Virus record (IMG/VR): IMGVR_UViG_3300029068_000023
Reading direction: 5' to 3' (one strand)
Origin: a virus
Lineage: Duplodnaviria; Heunggongvirae; Uroviricota; Caudoviricetes
DNA: 14,786 bases
The translations under genes and the position numbers were made by a program. Shown piece after piece: positions 1 through 7,365 of this stretch. A model generated the notes under the pieces. That model was not told where the DNA came from, did no database searches, and worked only from the letters and a program-made list of their open reading frames with translations. Within the stretch, counting starts at the first letter, position 1. Every line of letters begins with the position of its first letter.

Positions 1-92
1 CAGCTGGCAAGCGAATGTAAAGACTGACTAAGCATGTAGTACCGAGGATGTAGGAATTTCGGACGCGGGTTCAACTCCCGCCAGCTCCACCA
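1..92 (+). ncRNA. ssrA: 3' portion of the tmRNA gene (ssrA), ending at the CCA terminus; 5' part lies outside the window
   Basis: Positions 1-92 match the sequence I recall for the 3' end of enterobacterial tmRNA, ending ggacgcgggttcaactcccgccagctccacca (61-92). A P4-type integrase follows directly, as at the E. coli ssrA locus. Confidence 0.88.
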
Positions 93-128
93 CTTGCTCT
101 TCCGGATACGTCCGGCGAAATACTGAAA

Positions 129-160
129 GCCCGCATGGCACAAGCTCTGCGGGCTTTTTT
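129..160 (+). terminator. Rho-independent terminator downstream of ssrA
   Basis: Perfect inverted repeat gcccgca (129-135) / tgcgggc (148-154) with a 12-nt loop, followed by T6 (155-160). Confidence 0.7.
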
Positions 161-204
161 GTGTCTCTCCTTGTCCGAGAACATCCGGCTAAATCCAGTG
201 ATTA

Positions 205-256
205 TTGGTATACATTTAGGTATACGGTAGGATGTATACCTAAACACGTATACCAA
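205..256. promoter_or_regulatory. Cluster of four GGTATAC heptamers upstream of int; probable integrase arm-type or Vis/AlpA binding sites
   Basis: ggtatac at 207-213 and 219-225 (direct, 12-bp spacing); gtatacc at 234-240 and 248-254 (inverted). The 23-mer ttggtatacatttaggtatacgg (205-227) recurs as ttggtatacgattaggtatacgc at 11029-11051. Confidence 0.5.
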
Positions 257-276
257 TTCATGATGGAGTAACTACA

Positions 277-1500
277 GTGGCACGGACAACACGTCCTCTG
301 ACCAACACTGAAATTCTGCGGACTAAAGCTTTAGAGAAGGATCTAACACTGCATGATGGCGAGGGGCTTTTCCTGATAGTGAAAACAAACGGGAAAAAAC
401 TCTGGCGTTTCCGTTATCAACGTCCAACAACAAAACAGCGAACAATGATGGGGCTTGGTGCCTTCCCTGCCTTATCGCTTGCTGATGCCCGAAGGCTAAG
501 GGCTGAATACCTTTCCTTATTAGCCAATGGAATTGACCCGCAAATACAAGCTGAAGTTGCAGAGGAGCAGCAGAAAATCGTGCTTAACAGTATTTTTTCA
601 GCAGTCGCCTCTAACTGGTTCTTGCTCAAAAGCAAAAGTGTTACTCCTGATTACGCAAAGGATATTTGGCGCTCATTGGAAAAAGACGTACTCCCTGCTA
701 TTGGCGAGATCCCCGTTCAGCAAATCAAAGCCCGAACACTAGTTGAAGCACTTGAACCAATCAAAGCTCGCGGAGCACTGGAAACAGTTCGTCGCCTAGT
801 ACAACGTATTAACGAAATAATGATTTATGCGATTAACACTGGTTTGATTGATACTAATCCAGCATCAGGCATTGGTATGGCTTTTGAAAAACCCAAAAAG
901 CAAAACATGCCAACACTGCGGCCTGAAGAGTTACCTAAGCTGATGCGTTCTTTAGCTATGTCAAATCTTTCTATTCCAACTCGCTGTCTAATTGAATGGC
1001 AACTCCTGACACTTGTACGCCCATCTGAAGCTGCCGGTGCTCGATGGGTAGAGATCGATCTTGAAACAAAACTATGGACAATTCCCGCAGAACGGATGAA
1101 AGCCAAGCGTGAGCACATTGTTCCTTTATCACCACAAGCGTTAAATATACTCGATGTTATGAAGCCAATTAGTGGCCACCGAGAATTCATTTTTCCCAGC
1201 AGATGTGACCCGAAGAAGTCAATGAACAGTCAAACGGCGAATGCTGCTTTGAAACGGATAGGTTATGGAGGTAAACTGGTTGCCCATGGAATGCGCTCAA
1301 TAGCCAGCACGGCAATGAATGAATTTGGATTCAACCCAGATGTAATTGAAGCTGCACTTGCTCATATTGATAAAAATGAAGTTCGACGCGCGTACAACCG
1401 CTCAGTTTATCTTACTCAGCGTAAAGAATTGATGGAATGGTGGGGGGAACAATGTGTTTCGCAATTCTCATCTATTAGAAATAAGTGGCCCGTCTCCTAA
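277..1500 (+). CDS. int: P4-family tyrosine integrase (site-specific recombinase), GTG start
   Basis: 407-aa ORF next to the tmRNA 3' end. N-terminal arm-binding-like region (DGEGLFLIV...KLWRFRY) and C-terminal catalytic region with HGMRS...AHID...RRAYNRSVYL (conserved R, H-x-x-R, Y). GTG at 277 preceded by ggag (264-267). Confidence 0.92.
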   Translation: MARTTRPLTNTEILRTKALEKDLTLHDGEGLFLIVKTNGKKLWRFRYQRPTTKQRTMMGLGAFPALSLADARRLRAEYLSLLANGIDPQIQAEVAEEQQKIVLNSIFSAVASNWFLLKSKSVTPDYAKDIWRSLEKDVLPAIGEIPVQQIKARTLVEALEPIKARGALETVRRLVQRINEIMIYAINTGLIDTNPASGIGMAFEKPKKQNMPTLRPEELPKLMRSLAMSNLSIPTRCLIEWQLLTLVRPSEAAGARWVEIDLETKLWTIPAERMKAKREHIVPLSPQALNILDVMKPISGHREFIFPSRCDPKKSMNSQTANAALKRIGYGGKLVAHGMRSIASTAMNEFGFNPDVIEAALAHIDKNEVRRAYNRSVYLTQRKELMEWWGEQCVSQFSSIRNKWPVS

Positions 1501-1543
1501 TTTGGTAGTTTTGTTCATTTGAGATACATAGCAAGGATTTGAA

Positions 1544-2644
1544 ATGTACATTCAAGATATTCCTAAAGATTCAAAATTTTGGGTTGTTCGATCTGGTGAT
1601 GGCGGTATGTTTTATGACCACTTTGTGCACAACTCCATAGCAGCTATTGGGCACATTGACGCTATGGAATTTAGCGATCAGACCCTCAGTAATAAAGATG
1701 AAGTGATTAAACTCGTTTATAATTACAAACAAACTTTGCTTGAAAAAAAGGAAACACTTGCATCTGCATCTAATAAAGCAGGCCAAGTTCTACGTTTCAT
1801 TAATGAAATGTCAGTCGGTGATATAATTATAACTCTAGATGCAAGGAGAATAGTGGTCGGCAGGATCATATCTGGTCCTTATAAAGATATGGAAAATGTA
1901 ACATTACTCAATGTTGATGGAACAACAGATGAAAAATTGCTTAAATTTACCCTTAGACGTAAAGTTGAATGGGGAAAAACGCAGTTTCGTGACAAACTTC
2001 CATTAGCCATAAATAATAGTTTCAGGGCTAATCAAACTGTTTTCTCAGCAAACGAGCACTGGAAAGAGCTTAATCACTGGTTATCTGTTGCATTTATATC
2101 AGATAATGAAGCTTATATTTCCTCACGGATTGAGCAAACAGAAGGGATTAACAATCTTGACATTGCTCAATACTCCATAATAATAAATAAAATTGAAGCT
2201 ATTGCTCAAACAATCGCTAACAATGACAACTATCATTTCGATGATGATAAATTATTATCTCTCTTTGAAGATACATATAAAGAACTAAGAAAAAGTAGAA
2301 CATTTACGGTAACGACACAACAGGTATTTCTTTCACCAGGAGATCTTTGGGCAAAAATATCTGGAAGCCGTAAAAAAAGCCTGTTAGTTATCTGCACATT
2401 TCTTATAATGTTCAATATTGAGCCATCTTTCGCAGATGAAAATGACAAAATATTTTTCGACAACAACTATGAAGCAATATCTTTATTAATTAATAAAGTA
2501 AAACATGATGAAAACTTTGAGGAAGTAAAAAATGGATTAGCATTAAAAGTTCCTGCACAAAAACTAAACACAAAAAACACCTCTACAAACCCCAATAAAA
2601 AACGCTATGATGATGTAGAACCAGACGACTTTGAAGGCATTTAA
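1544..2644 (+). CDS. Hypothetical protein (366 aa), cargo gene A of the int-cos hotspot; function unknown, candidate anti-phage protein
   Basis: Long ORF with RBS aagga (1533-1537) 6 nt before ATG 1544. DNA is very AT-rich relative to the flanking P4 backbone. No Walker A, HEPN, PLD, RT or TIR/SIR2 motifs found by eye; acidic C-terminal tail (YDDVEPDDFEGI). Confidence 0.75.
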   Translation: MYIQDIPKDSKFWVVRSGDGGMFYDHFVHNSIAAIGHIDAMEFSDQTLSNKDEVIKLVYNYKQTLLEKKETLASASNKAGQVLRFINEMSVGDIIITLDARRIVVGRIISGPYKDMENVTLLNVDGTTDEKLLKFTLRRKVEWGKTQFRDKLPLAINNSFRANQTVFSANEHWKELNHWLSVAFISDNEAYISSRIEQTEGINNLDIAQYSIIINKIEAIAQTIANNDNYHFDDDKLLSLFEDTYKELRKSRTFTVTTQQVFLSPGDLWAKISGSRKKSLLVICTFLIMFNIEPSFADENDKIFFDNNYEAISLLINKVKHDENFEEVKNGLALKVPAQKLNTKNTSTNPNKKRYDDVEPDDFEGI

Positions 2645-3302
2645 GAGGATGATGAAGTTCATAAAAAAATGGTGGGATAACCATGATAAATCTAATAATT
2701 TTTTATCAGGTATCCATTACATCGTCATTTCGCTAGCTATCATAATTGGTGGCGCGTGGTCGTTGTATACCTTTGACGCATTACAAATGGCCAAAAATGC
2801 GGAAATCCAACTAAAAAAGGCTAACGAAGATTTAAAACAAATAAAAGAGCAAATTAAGGGCACTGACTCTAGCAGTATTGCTATTAATGTTATCCCGTTA
2901 AAAACACAGCTAGGAATGATTATTAATGTAACCATAAAAAATAACGGCAAACGACCATTATCCTTTGACACATCCAAAGGAGCTTTAACTGTGTACAAAG
3001 TAAGCGCAAATGGCGATAAAGTTGAACAATCTCAATCTTTTACACCAAATCTCTATACATCTTTGAGAGATAAAAAACACTATCCAGAATCAAAAAGCAA
3101 ATCATTATCAAAGACACATGTTTTAATAGGAGCAGAAAAAACCCTTAGCTATATTGTTGGATTAAATAAGCCAGGCGTTTATTATATTACATTTAGGTCA
3201 ACACCAGATGATAATTTTGACACAGAAGAATTAAAAAACAAAAAACCTGTAGAATGGTTCGCTTCTTCATATGTTGAAATTACCCCACAAAAATATAAAT
3301 AA
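2631..3302 (+). CDS. Hypothetical single-pass membrane protein (about 217-223 aa), cargo gene B; start ambiguous (TTG 2631, ATG 2649 or 2652)
   Basis: Overlaps or abuts the stop of gene A (2642-2644), suggesting translational coupling. AAGAGG at 2643-2648 precedes ATG 2649/2652. Basic N-terminus (KRMMKFIKKWW), one hydrophobic helix (FLSGIHYIVISLAIIIGGAWSLYTF), then a coiled-coil-like stretch and a beta-rich C-terminal domain. Confidence 0.7.
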   Translation: MKAFKRMMKFIKKWWDNHDKSNNFLSGIHYIVISLAIIIGGAWSLYTFDALQMAKNAEIQLKKANEDLKQIKEQIKGTDSSSIAINVIPLKTQLGMIINVTIKNNGKRPLSFDTSKGALTVYKVSANGDKVEQSQSFTPNLYTSLRDKKHYPESKSKSLSKTHVLIGAEKTLSYIVGLNKPGVYYITFRSTPDDNFDTEELKNKKPVEWFASSYVEITPQKYK

Positions 3303-3609
3303 AAAAAATAAGAAGCACACAAATGTTTTTATAGCCTAAAAAACCGCCACAATATTTAACAGCCACATTAAAACACATGCATTATGTTAATGCATTAAAT
3401 GAAATTAATCCTCCATCCACTCCGTAAAAATAACACTATCATAAACACATCAATAGAGTCATCCAAAAACACAAAAATAACTTTAACTCAATAATATTAA
3501 ACATTCCCCTTTCTAATCACTACTCTAACTTATTGTCGTAGATGAAGCGAGCAAACTCAATTGCGCTCTCAGACTTTGAAAAAATTGAACACATCAACAT
3601 TTGCGCGCA

Positions 3610-3628
3610 GTGCTTTCCCCGCCTCGCC
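3610..3628. other. cos site (cohesive-end 19-mer of P2/P4-type phages)
   Basis: gtgctttccccgcctcgcc (3610-3628) is the exact reverse complement of the 19-nt P2/P4 cohesive end GGCGAGGCGGGGAAAGCAC as I recall it; it lies next to psu as in P4. A GC hairpin ccgccc/gggcgg plus T4 follows at 3628-3651. Confidence 0.7.
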
Positions 3629-3731
3629 CGCCCGCTTTGCAGGGCGGTTTTAATGCAGTTGCACTGACACGCTCAGGCCGCGCCGGGAATGGCGCGGTCT
3701 GCAGAAAATGAGGCAGGAAAACGCATGCAAA

Positions 3732-3762
3732 GCCATGCACCTTATCGATGCATGGCTTTTTT
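3732..3762. terminator. Bidirectional stem-loop terminator between the cargo region and psu
   Basis: gccatgca (3732-3739) / tgcatggc (3749-3756), followed by T6 on the plus strand (3757-3762) and preceded by an A-rich run (terminator for the minus-strand psu transcript, stop at 3793). Confidence 0.55.
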
Positions 3763-3792
3763 CAGTAAAAACGGGCGGATTTTCGGGGGATT

Positions 3793-4365
3793 TTACACAG
3801 ACTGATGTGATGCCAGTTGCGCACTTTTACGCGAAAAAATCATGTTCTGCGCAGGGGTGAATTTTTCACGGCTGTCGTCCACCGAAGCCGCGTCAGGCCT
3901 GAATCCGATGGCCGTTAAAATGTCGCTATCCTGTGCGGAATAATTAATTTTTTCACCCTTTGCAAGCCAGGACAGAAGGGCTTCACGCAGGGCATCTGTG
4001 GCACGCTGTATGGCACAGTTTCGGGCAATGGCCGTCAGTTCACTGTAGCCCATCAGCTCCGGTGCCAGTGCGGCCGCCAGTACTGTGCCGTGCTGCTGCA
4101 TAAAATCATTCAGCCGGTCGCGGATGCTGATGTGCTGAACGGCTTCATGCGAACGAATATAACGACCGGCGGCCTGATTCACCTGCCATTTTCTGACTTC
4201 GATAATATTGCGTAATTCGTCCAGGCGACTGACGTTTCTGCCTTCTCCTGACAGAAGCCGCAGGTATTCCTGTTCGGCCGCTGCCAGCTCATTTTTGCGT
4301 TGCAGCCATGCTGCTTTGTTATTCTGACAGGTGTCAAAGGCCTGCTGTAAGGCTGTGCTTTCCAT
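3793..4365 (-). CDS. psu: Polarity suppression protein Psu (Rho antagonist / capsid decoration), P4-type
   Basis: 190 aa, the length of P4 Psu; sequence MESTALQQAFDTCQNNKAAWLQRKNELAAAEQEYLRLL... matches my recollection of P4 Psu; last gene of the sid-delta-psu operon next to cos. Confidence 0.9.
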   Translation of the reverse strand: MESTALQQAFDTCQNNKAAWLQRKNELAAAEQEYLRLLSGEGRNVSRLDELRNIIEVRKWQVNQAAGRYIRSHEAVQHISIRDRLNDFMQQHGTVLAAALAPELMGYSELTAIARNCAIQRATDALREALLSWLAKGEKINYSAQDSDILTAIGFRPDAASVDDSREKFTPAQNMIFSRKSAQLASHQSV

Positions 4366-4438
4366 CGTTATCTCTTTCTCATCATGCTGAAGAATAAAAA
4401 TACGGTGTGCGGCGACGGCCGGGGTTAACCGGCAGCCC

Positions 4439-4939
4439 TCATTCCAGACGCAGCGAATATGATTGTGTTTTTAACCGTACTGGCGGCAGTTCCTGTTTTT
4501 CATGCAGGCGTTCTGCCAGTTCGTCCGGCGTGACCGGGCGGACAATGAAGCGGTTGATGGTCTGAAGCGTTTTAAACACCAGACCACAGCCCGGATCCGT
4601 GCACACATAAAAACGTTCAGTGACTTCCTGAGACAGACGCCGCGATGTTCTTGACAGTGCAAGGCCTTTACATCTCCGACAACAATATCCGGTAACAAGC
4701 ATTCTTTTCGGGCGTTTCATACTGCCGGAGGCTGACGTCAGTGAATCGCGGTATCTCTGTTTGCCTGAAATGTATTCCATTCCTGAATCTTTACTGTCAG
4801 AGAAAAAGCTTTCACTCGCTTCAAATGTCGCAGAGCAATAAATATTCCGGCACTGTGCAATCATTATCTTGGTGCCATCGTCCATGAAATGTGCGCGACG
4901 GGTGTGAGCAACATGTCCACACGACGGGCAGTAAATCAT
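4439..4939 (-). CDS. delta: Delta, Ogr-family zinc-finger late transcription activator (tandem Ogr-like domains)
   Basis: 166 aa; two Cys-rich Ogr-like halves (MIYCPSCGH...CRNIYC and CCRRC...YVCTDPGCG); start overlaps the sid stop (ATGA at 4936-4939). Confidence 0.9.
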   Translation of the reverse strand: MIYCPSCGHVAHTRRAHFMDDGTKIMIAQCRNIYCSATFEASESFFSDSKDSGMEYISGKQRYRDSLTSASGSMKRPKRMLVTGYCCRRCKGLALSRTSRRLSQEVTERFYVCTDPGCGLVFKTLQTINRFIVRPVTPDELAERLHEKQELPPVRLKTQSYSLRLE

Positions 4940-5670
4940 GACAGCAGTCCTCTGGCCTTAAGCTCTGCTCCCTGCTGGTCTATTTTGTCCTGCCACACCT
5001 TGCGCTGTGCCGGTGTGCCTGCCACCTCATAATCCATGTGCGGGAGTGTTGCCGCTGACAGTCCGGTCAGCCGGAGAACCGGCTCGCCGGTGAGGCTGAT
5101 TTGCATCTGTTTAATTTTCTGTTCCAGCGATGATTTCACCTGCTGCATGACAGCCTTTTCCGGTGCGACGTAGCCCTGATGGCCGGTGGTGTTGGCGAGC
5201 GGATTTTCCTGTACCAGGATGCTCAGATGCATTGCCCGGACAAGCGCCTCACAGGTTTCATTCAGGGCGTGTTCCAGCTCATGCTCTGCATACAGACTCA
5301 GAAGGTGATGATGTGCCTTCCGGTAGGCGGTGGCCGTGCTGTCACACGCCCCTTTCAGGCGTTCACGTTCAAAATTCAGCACCACGGCCAGATTGTCATA
5401 TTCCTGTACCAGCTCCCGGCGTGCCACGCGCTCAATGTGGCGCTGTTTCAGCTCGTCGCTCAGGACACCACCGGCTGCACGAAAGGCTGTGCGCCAGTCA
5501 TCAGCGTCATTTCCGTCGGCCTGCGCCAGCGCATTTTTTTCCTGCTCTGCCCGTTCAATGGCCGTGACGGTCTCATCCATCAGGCGGGCGTTCTCAAGGT
5601 GGGCGGCTCTGGCCTTTTCCAGTTGTGCCAGTGCGGGTTGCAGATATTCAGGGATGGTGTTGTCAGACAT
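4936..5670 (-). CDS. sid: Sid, external scaffold/capsid size determination protein
   Basis: 244 aa from ATG at 5670 (MSDNTIPEYLQPALAQLEKARAAHLENARLMD...), with strong SD GAGGAG 7 nt upstream on the minus strand. The ORF-track start at 5688 is a GTG without an SD and is probably an over-extension. Confidence 0.88.
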   Translation of the reverse strand: MSDNTIPEYLQPALAQLEKARAAHLENARLMDETVTAIERAEQEKNALAQADGNDADDWRTAFRAAGGVLSDELKQRHIERVARRELVQEYDNLAVVLNFERERLKGACDSTATAYRKAHHHLLSLYAEHELEHALNETCEALVRAMHLSILVQENPLANTTGHQGYVAPEKAVMQQVKSSLEQKIKQMQISLTGEPVLRLTGLSAATLPHMDYEVAGTPAQRKVWQDKIDQQGAELKARGLLS

Positions 5671-5695
5671 TTTCCGGCTCCTCGTCACTTCAGGT

Positions 5696-5760
5696 TAAGA
5701 AAATTGTGACGTACACCGGACAACAACACGACGCATTGCAGATGTGCCAGCCCTGACACA
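5696..5760 (-). promoter_or_regulatory. Psid-like late promoter with two TGT-N12-ACA activator (Delta/Ogr) sites
   Basis: TGT-N12-ACA at 5743-5760 and 5705-5722; centres 38 bp apart, fitting the -55 and -18 arrangement described for P4 late promoters if the sid transcript starts near 5696. Confidence 0.5.
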
Positions 5761-5839
5761 GGAGACTCATCCTCAGACCGGCAAGCCAGGAAAAGGTCGC
5801 AGGAAAAACCGGCTTACTGTTTGTTTTTTTATATTTTAC

Positions 5840-5943
5840 TGTTCACCTCTGTTCACCATAAGAAAAAAGATAAGTAATACAGTAAGTTAAATGGTGAACA
5901 ATCGCAGTAATGACTGTTCACCGTCTGTTCACCACTGTTCACC
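5840..5943. repeat. ori1-like cluster of six TGTTCACC iterons (alpha-protein binding sites)
   Basis: tgttcacc at 5840-5847, 5850-5857, 5915-5922, 5926-5933, 5936-5943 and inverted ggtgaaca at 5893-5900, in an AT-rich intergenic region between the divergent late promoters, about 4.8 kb from the crr repeats. Confidence 0.6.
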
Positions 5944-6102
5944 CGCTCATGGACTTTTTGTGCTGTTTATTACTGTTTGTTTTTATTAATTCGCCGGGAA
6001 TGAATAAGAAAAAACGATTTGTATTTCACTATAAAAATTACGAATTGCTTTAAGTGGCTTTAAATGACTTTAAGTGGAGATGAACAAAAAACACACAAGC
6101 TT

Positions 6103-6166
6103 TGTAAGGCTGCCGGAACAAATCCCCCCTGTTGCGTCTGCTGAAAATATTCACAAAATAAAGCGC
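6103..6166 (+). promoter_or_regulatory. PLL-like late promoter upstream of vis with a TGT-N12-ACA site
   Basis: TGT-N12-ACA at 6103-6120; a site centred at -55 would put the start near 6166, about 57 nt upstream of the vis ATG. Confidence 0.4.
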
Positions 6167-6222
6167 TACCCGAAGCCGGACGGACTTATCCGGTGCTGTA
6201 TGGACATTAACGAGGTAGCCCG

Positions 6223-6489
6223 ATGCAAGCTGTTTTTTCTTCCCCGTCTCCCGCCCCTGTGACGCCACTGATGCCGCTGCCGGACATCACACAGGAGCGT
6301 TTTTTACGTCTTCCGGAAGTGATGCACCTGTGCGGCCTGTCACGCTCGACCATCTACGAACTCATCCGTAAGGGGGAATTTCCGCCGCAGGTGAGTCTTG
6401 GCGGTAAAAATGTGGCCTGGCTGCACTCTGAAGTCACCGCATGGATGGCCGGACGCATTGCCGGACGCAAACGGGGGTACGACGCATGA
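6223..6489 (+). CDS. vis: Vis, AlpA-family excisionase-like DNA-binding regulator
   Basis: 88 aa (P4 orf88/Vis length); helix-turn-helix core [29 protein letters not shown] typical of the AlpA family; SD gagg 7 nt upstream of ATG 6223. Confidence 0.8.
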   Translation: MQAVFSSPSPAPVTPLMPLPDITQERFLRLPEVMHLCGLSRSTIYELIRKGEFPPQVSLGGKNVAWLHSEVTAWMAGRIAGRKRGYDA

Positions 6490-7085
6490 TGATACCCGCT
6501 CTGCAAAAACTCCCTTTTTCTGGCTTGCCTTTTTCCGGCATTTGCGGATATAGTTTTTCCGCTGCCGCAAAATCGGCAGCCGGGCGTGAGAACCCGAGCA
6601 ATTCACAGGCGACATATGACGCGCCACGCGTCTTTTTTTGTGTCGCAATCAATGCCACAGAGCGCCAGATTATGGTGTGGTGTGTGGTCAGTCGTGCAGA
6701 TGGCATTCCGTGCATCCTGCCCGCGTCCGCTCATTATGCCGCAGAGTCAATGGTAGCTCAGGCGGGGCAGCCTCCGGGCTGGCCGGTATCCTGTGAAGCC
6801 GGTATTCTCACCCCCGTCTGGGCTATCGCCATCGAGCGTGAGAACTCCGGCGATAGCGTTATTTGCTATTCACAGGAGGCTGCCATCATGGCTACAACCC
6901 TTACCCCCTCACACCCTGAATTTGTCTTTGTGTTTGCGGCTGTCCGTCGCGCAGACCGTCATCCCCGTATCTGTATGCTTCGCACCGTCGCCGGTGATGA
7001 ACGCAGTGCCCGCCGTTCCCTTGTCCGTGACTATGTGCTCTCCCTTGCTGCCCGTCTGCCGGTGGTGGAGGTGTCCCGTGCGTAA
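6486..7085 (+). CDS. 199-aa ORF coupled to vis by an ATGA overlap and spanning the immunity-like region; coding status uncertain
   Basis: ATG 6486 overlaps the vis stop; the ORF runs 600 bp to TAA 7083-7085. The N-terminal two-thirds is Cys-rich and overlaps structured RNA-like elements; the last 65 codons have their own strong RBS (aggagg 6874-6879, ATG 6888). Either the full ORF or only 6888-7085 may be the real gene. Confidence 0.4.
6584..6876 (+). ncRNA. Immunity-like structured region (candidate CI-RNA / seqA-seqB-seqC type transcription-termination control)
   Basis: Two copies of gcgtgagaac (6584-6593, 6836-6845), each followed by attcacagg (6601-6609, 6868-6876); a partially complementary ttctcac at 6805-6811; a 9-bp stem hairpin at 6822-6857 enclosing the second copy; an intrinsic terminator at 6618-6639. 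Assignment to individual P4 elements is not resolved. Confidence 0.35.
6618..6639 (+). terminator. Intrinsic terminator within the immunity-like region
   Basis: gacgcg (6618-6623) / cgcgtc (6627-6632) stem with 3-nt loop, followed by T7 (6633-6639). Confidence 0.55.
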
Positions 7086-7365
7086 TAAAAAAGCCCCTCA
7101 GACCGTCTCAGCACGTCATGACGCCCGTGAACACCTCAGCATTGAGGCTTACCATAAGCTCAACCGCGCCAGCGCCGTATCCCGGTTTGTTGGGGGTGAT
7201 TTGATTCACCGTGAACTCTCCGGCCTGCATCAGCTCTACATTCCGCATATTTTCAGCTACCTGAATGAAGATATTGATTTTGTGCTGAATGAGCTGAAAG
7301 CCAAAGGCCTGTGCCGCGATTTTCTCGCCCAGCAGAAAGACCGGGGAGACAGGACGCATGTTTGA
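7078..7365 (+). CDS. Epsilon, anti-repressor-like protein (derepresses helper P2 prophage in P4)
   Basis: 95 aa (P4 Epsilon length) from GTG 7078 with SD ggagg (7067-7071); begins [20 protein letters not shown]. The 190-aa ORF-track call from 6793 is an N-terminal over-extension. Start overlaps the stop of the preceding ORF. Confidence 0.7.

Noticed and set aside
71-256. 61-aa minus-strand ORF
   Set aside because: Overlaps the ssrA 3' end, its terminator and the arm-type repeat cluster; no RBS; far better explained as noncoding.
1500-1544. Dedicated promoter for the cargo operon in the 43-bp int-cargo gap
   Set aside because: No convincing -35/-10 pair at proper spacing by eye; the cargo may be co-transcribed with int or use a promoter inside the int 3' end, so no promoter is reported.
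1544-2644. Assignment of gene A to a known family (nuclease, nucleotidyltransferase, reverse transcriptase, ATPase)
   Set aside because: None of the diagnostic motifs was found by eye; weak resemblances such as SGDGG...DH are too loose to support a call without profile or structure searches.
5163-5709. Three overlapping plus-strand ORFs (134, 176, 122 aa)
   Set aside because: Antisense to the well-supported sid gene in GC-rich DNA, where long spurious open frames are expected; no RBS or recognisable protein features.
6074-6262. 62-aa plus-strand ORF upstream of vis
   Set aside because: Lies across the predicted PLL promoter/leader, lacks a convincing RBS, and overlaps the vis start in another frame.
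6793-7365. 190-aa ORF-track call
   Set aside because: It is the epsilon reading frame over-extended upstream; the real start is most likely GTG 7078 with SD ggagg, giving the 95-aa P4-like Epsilon.
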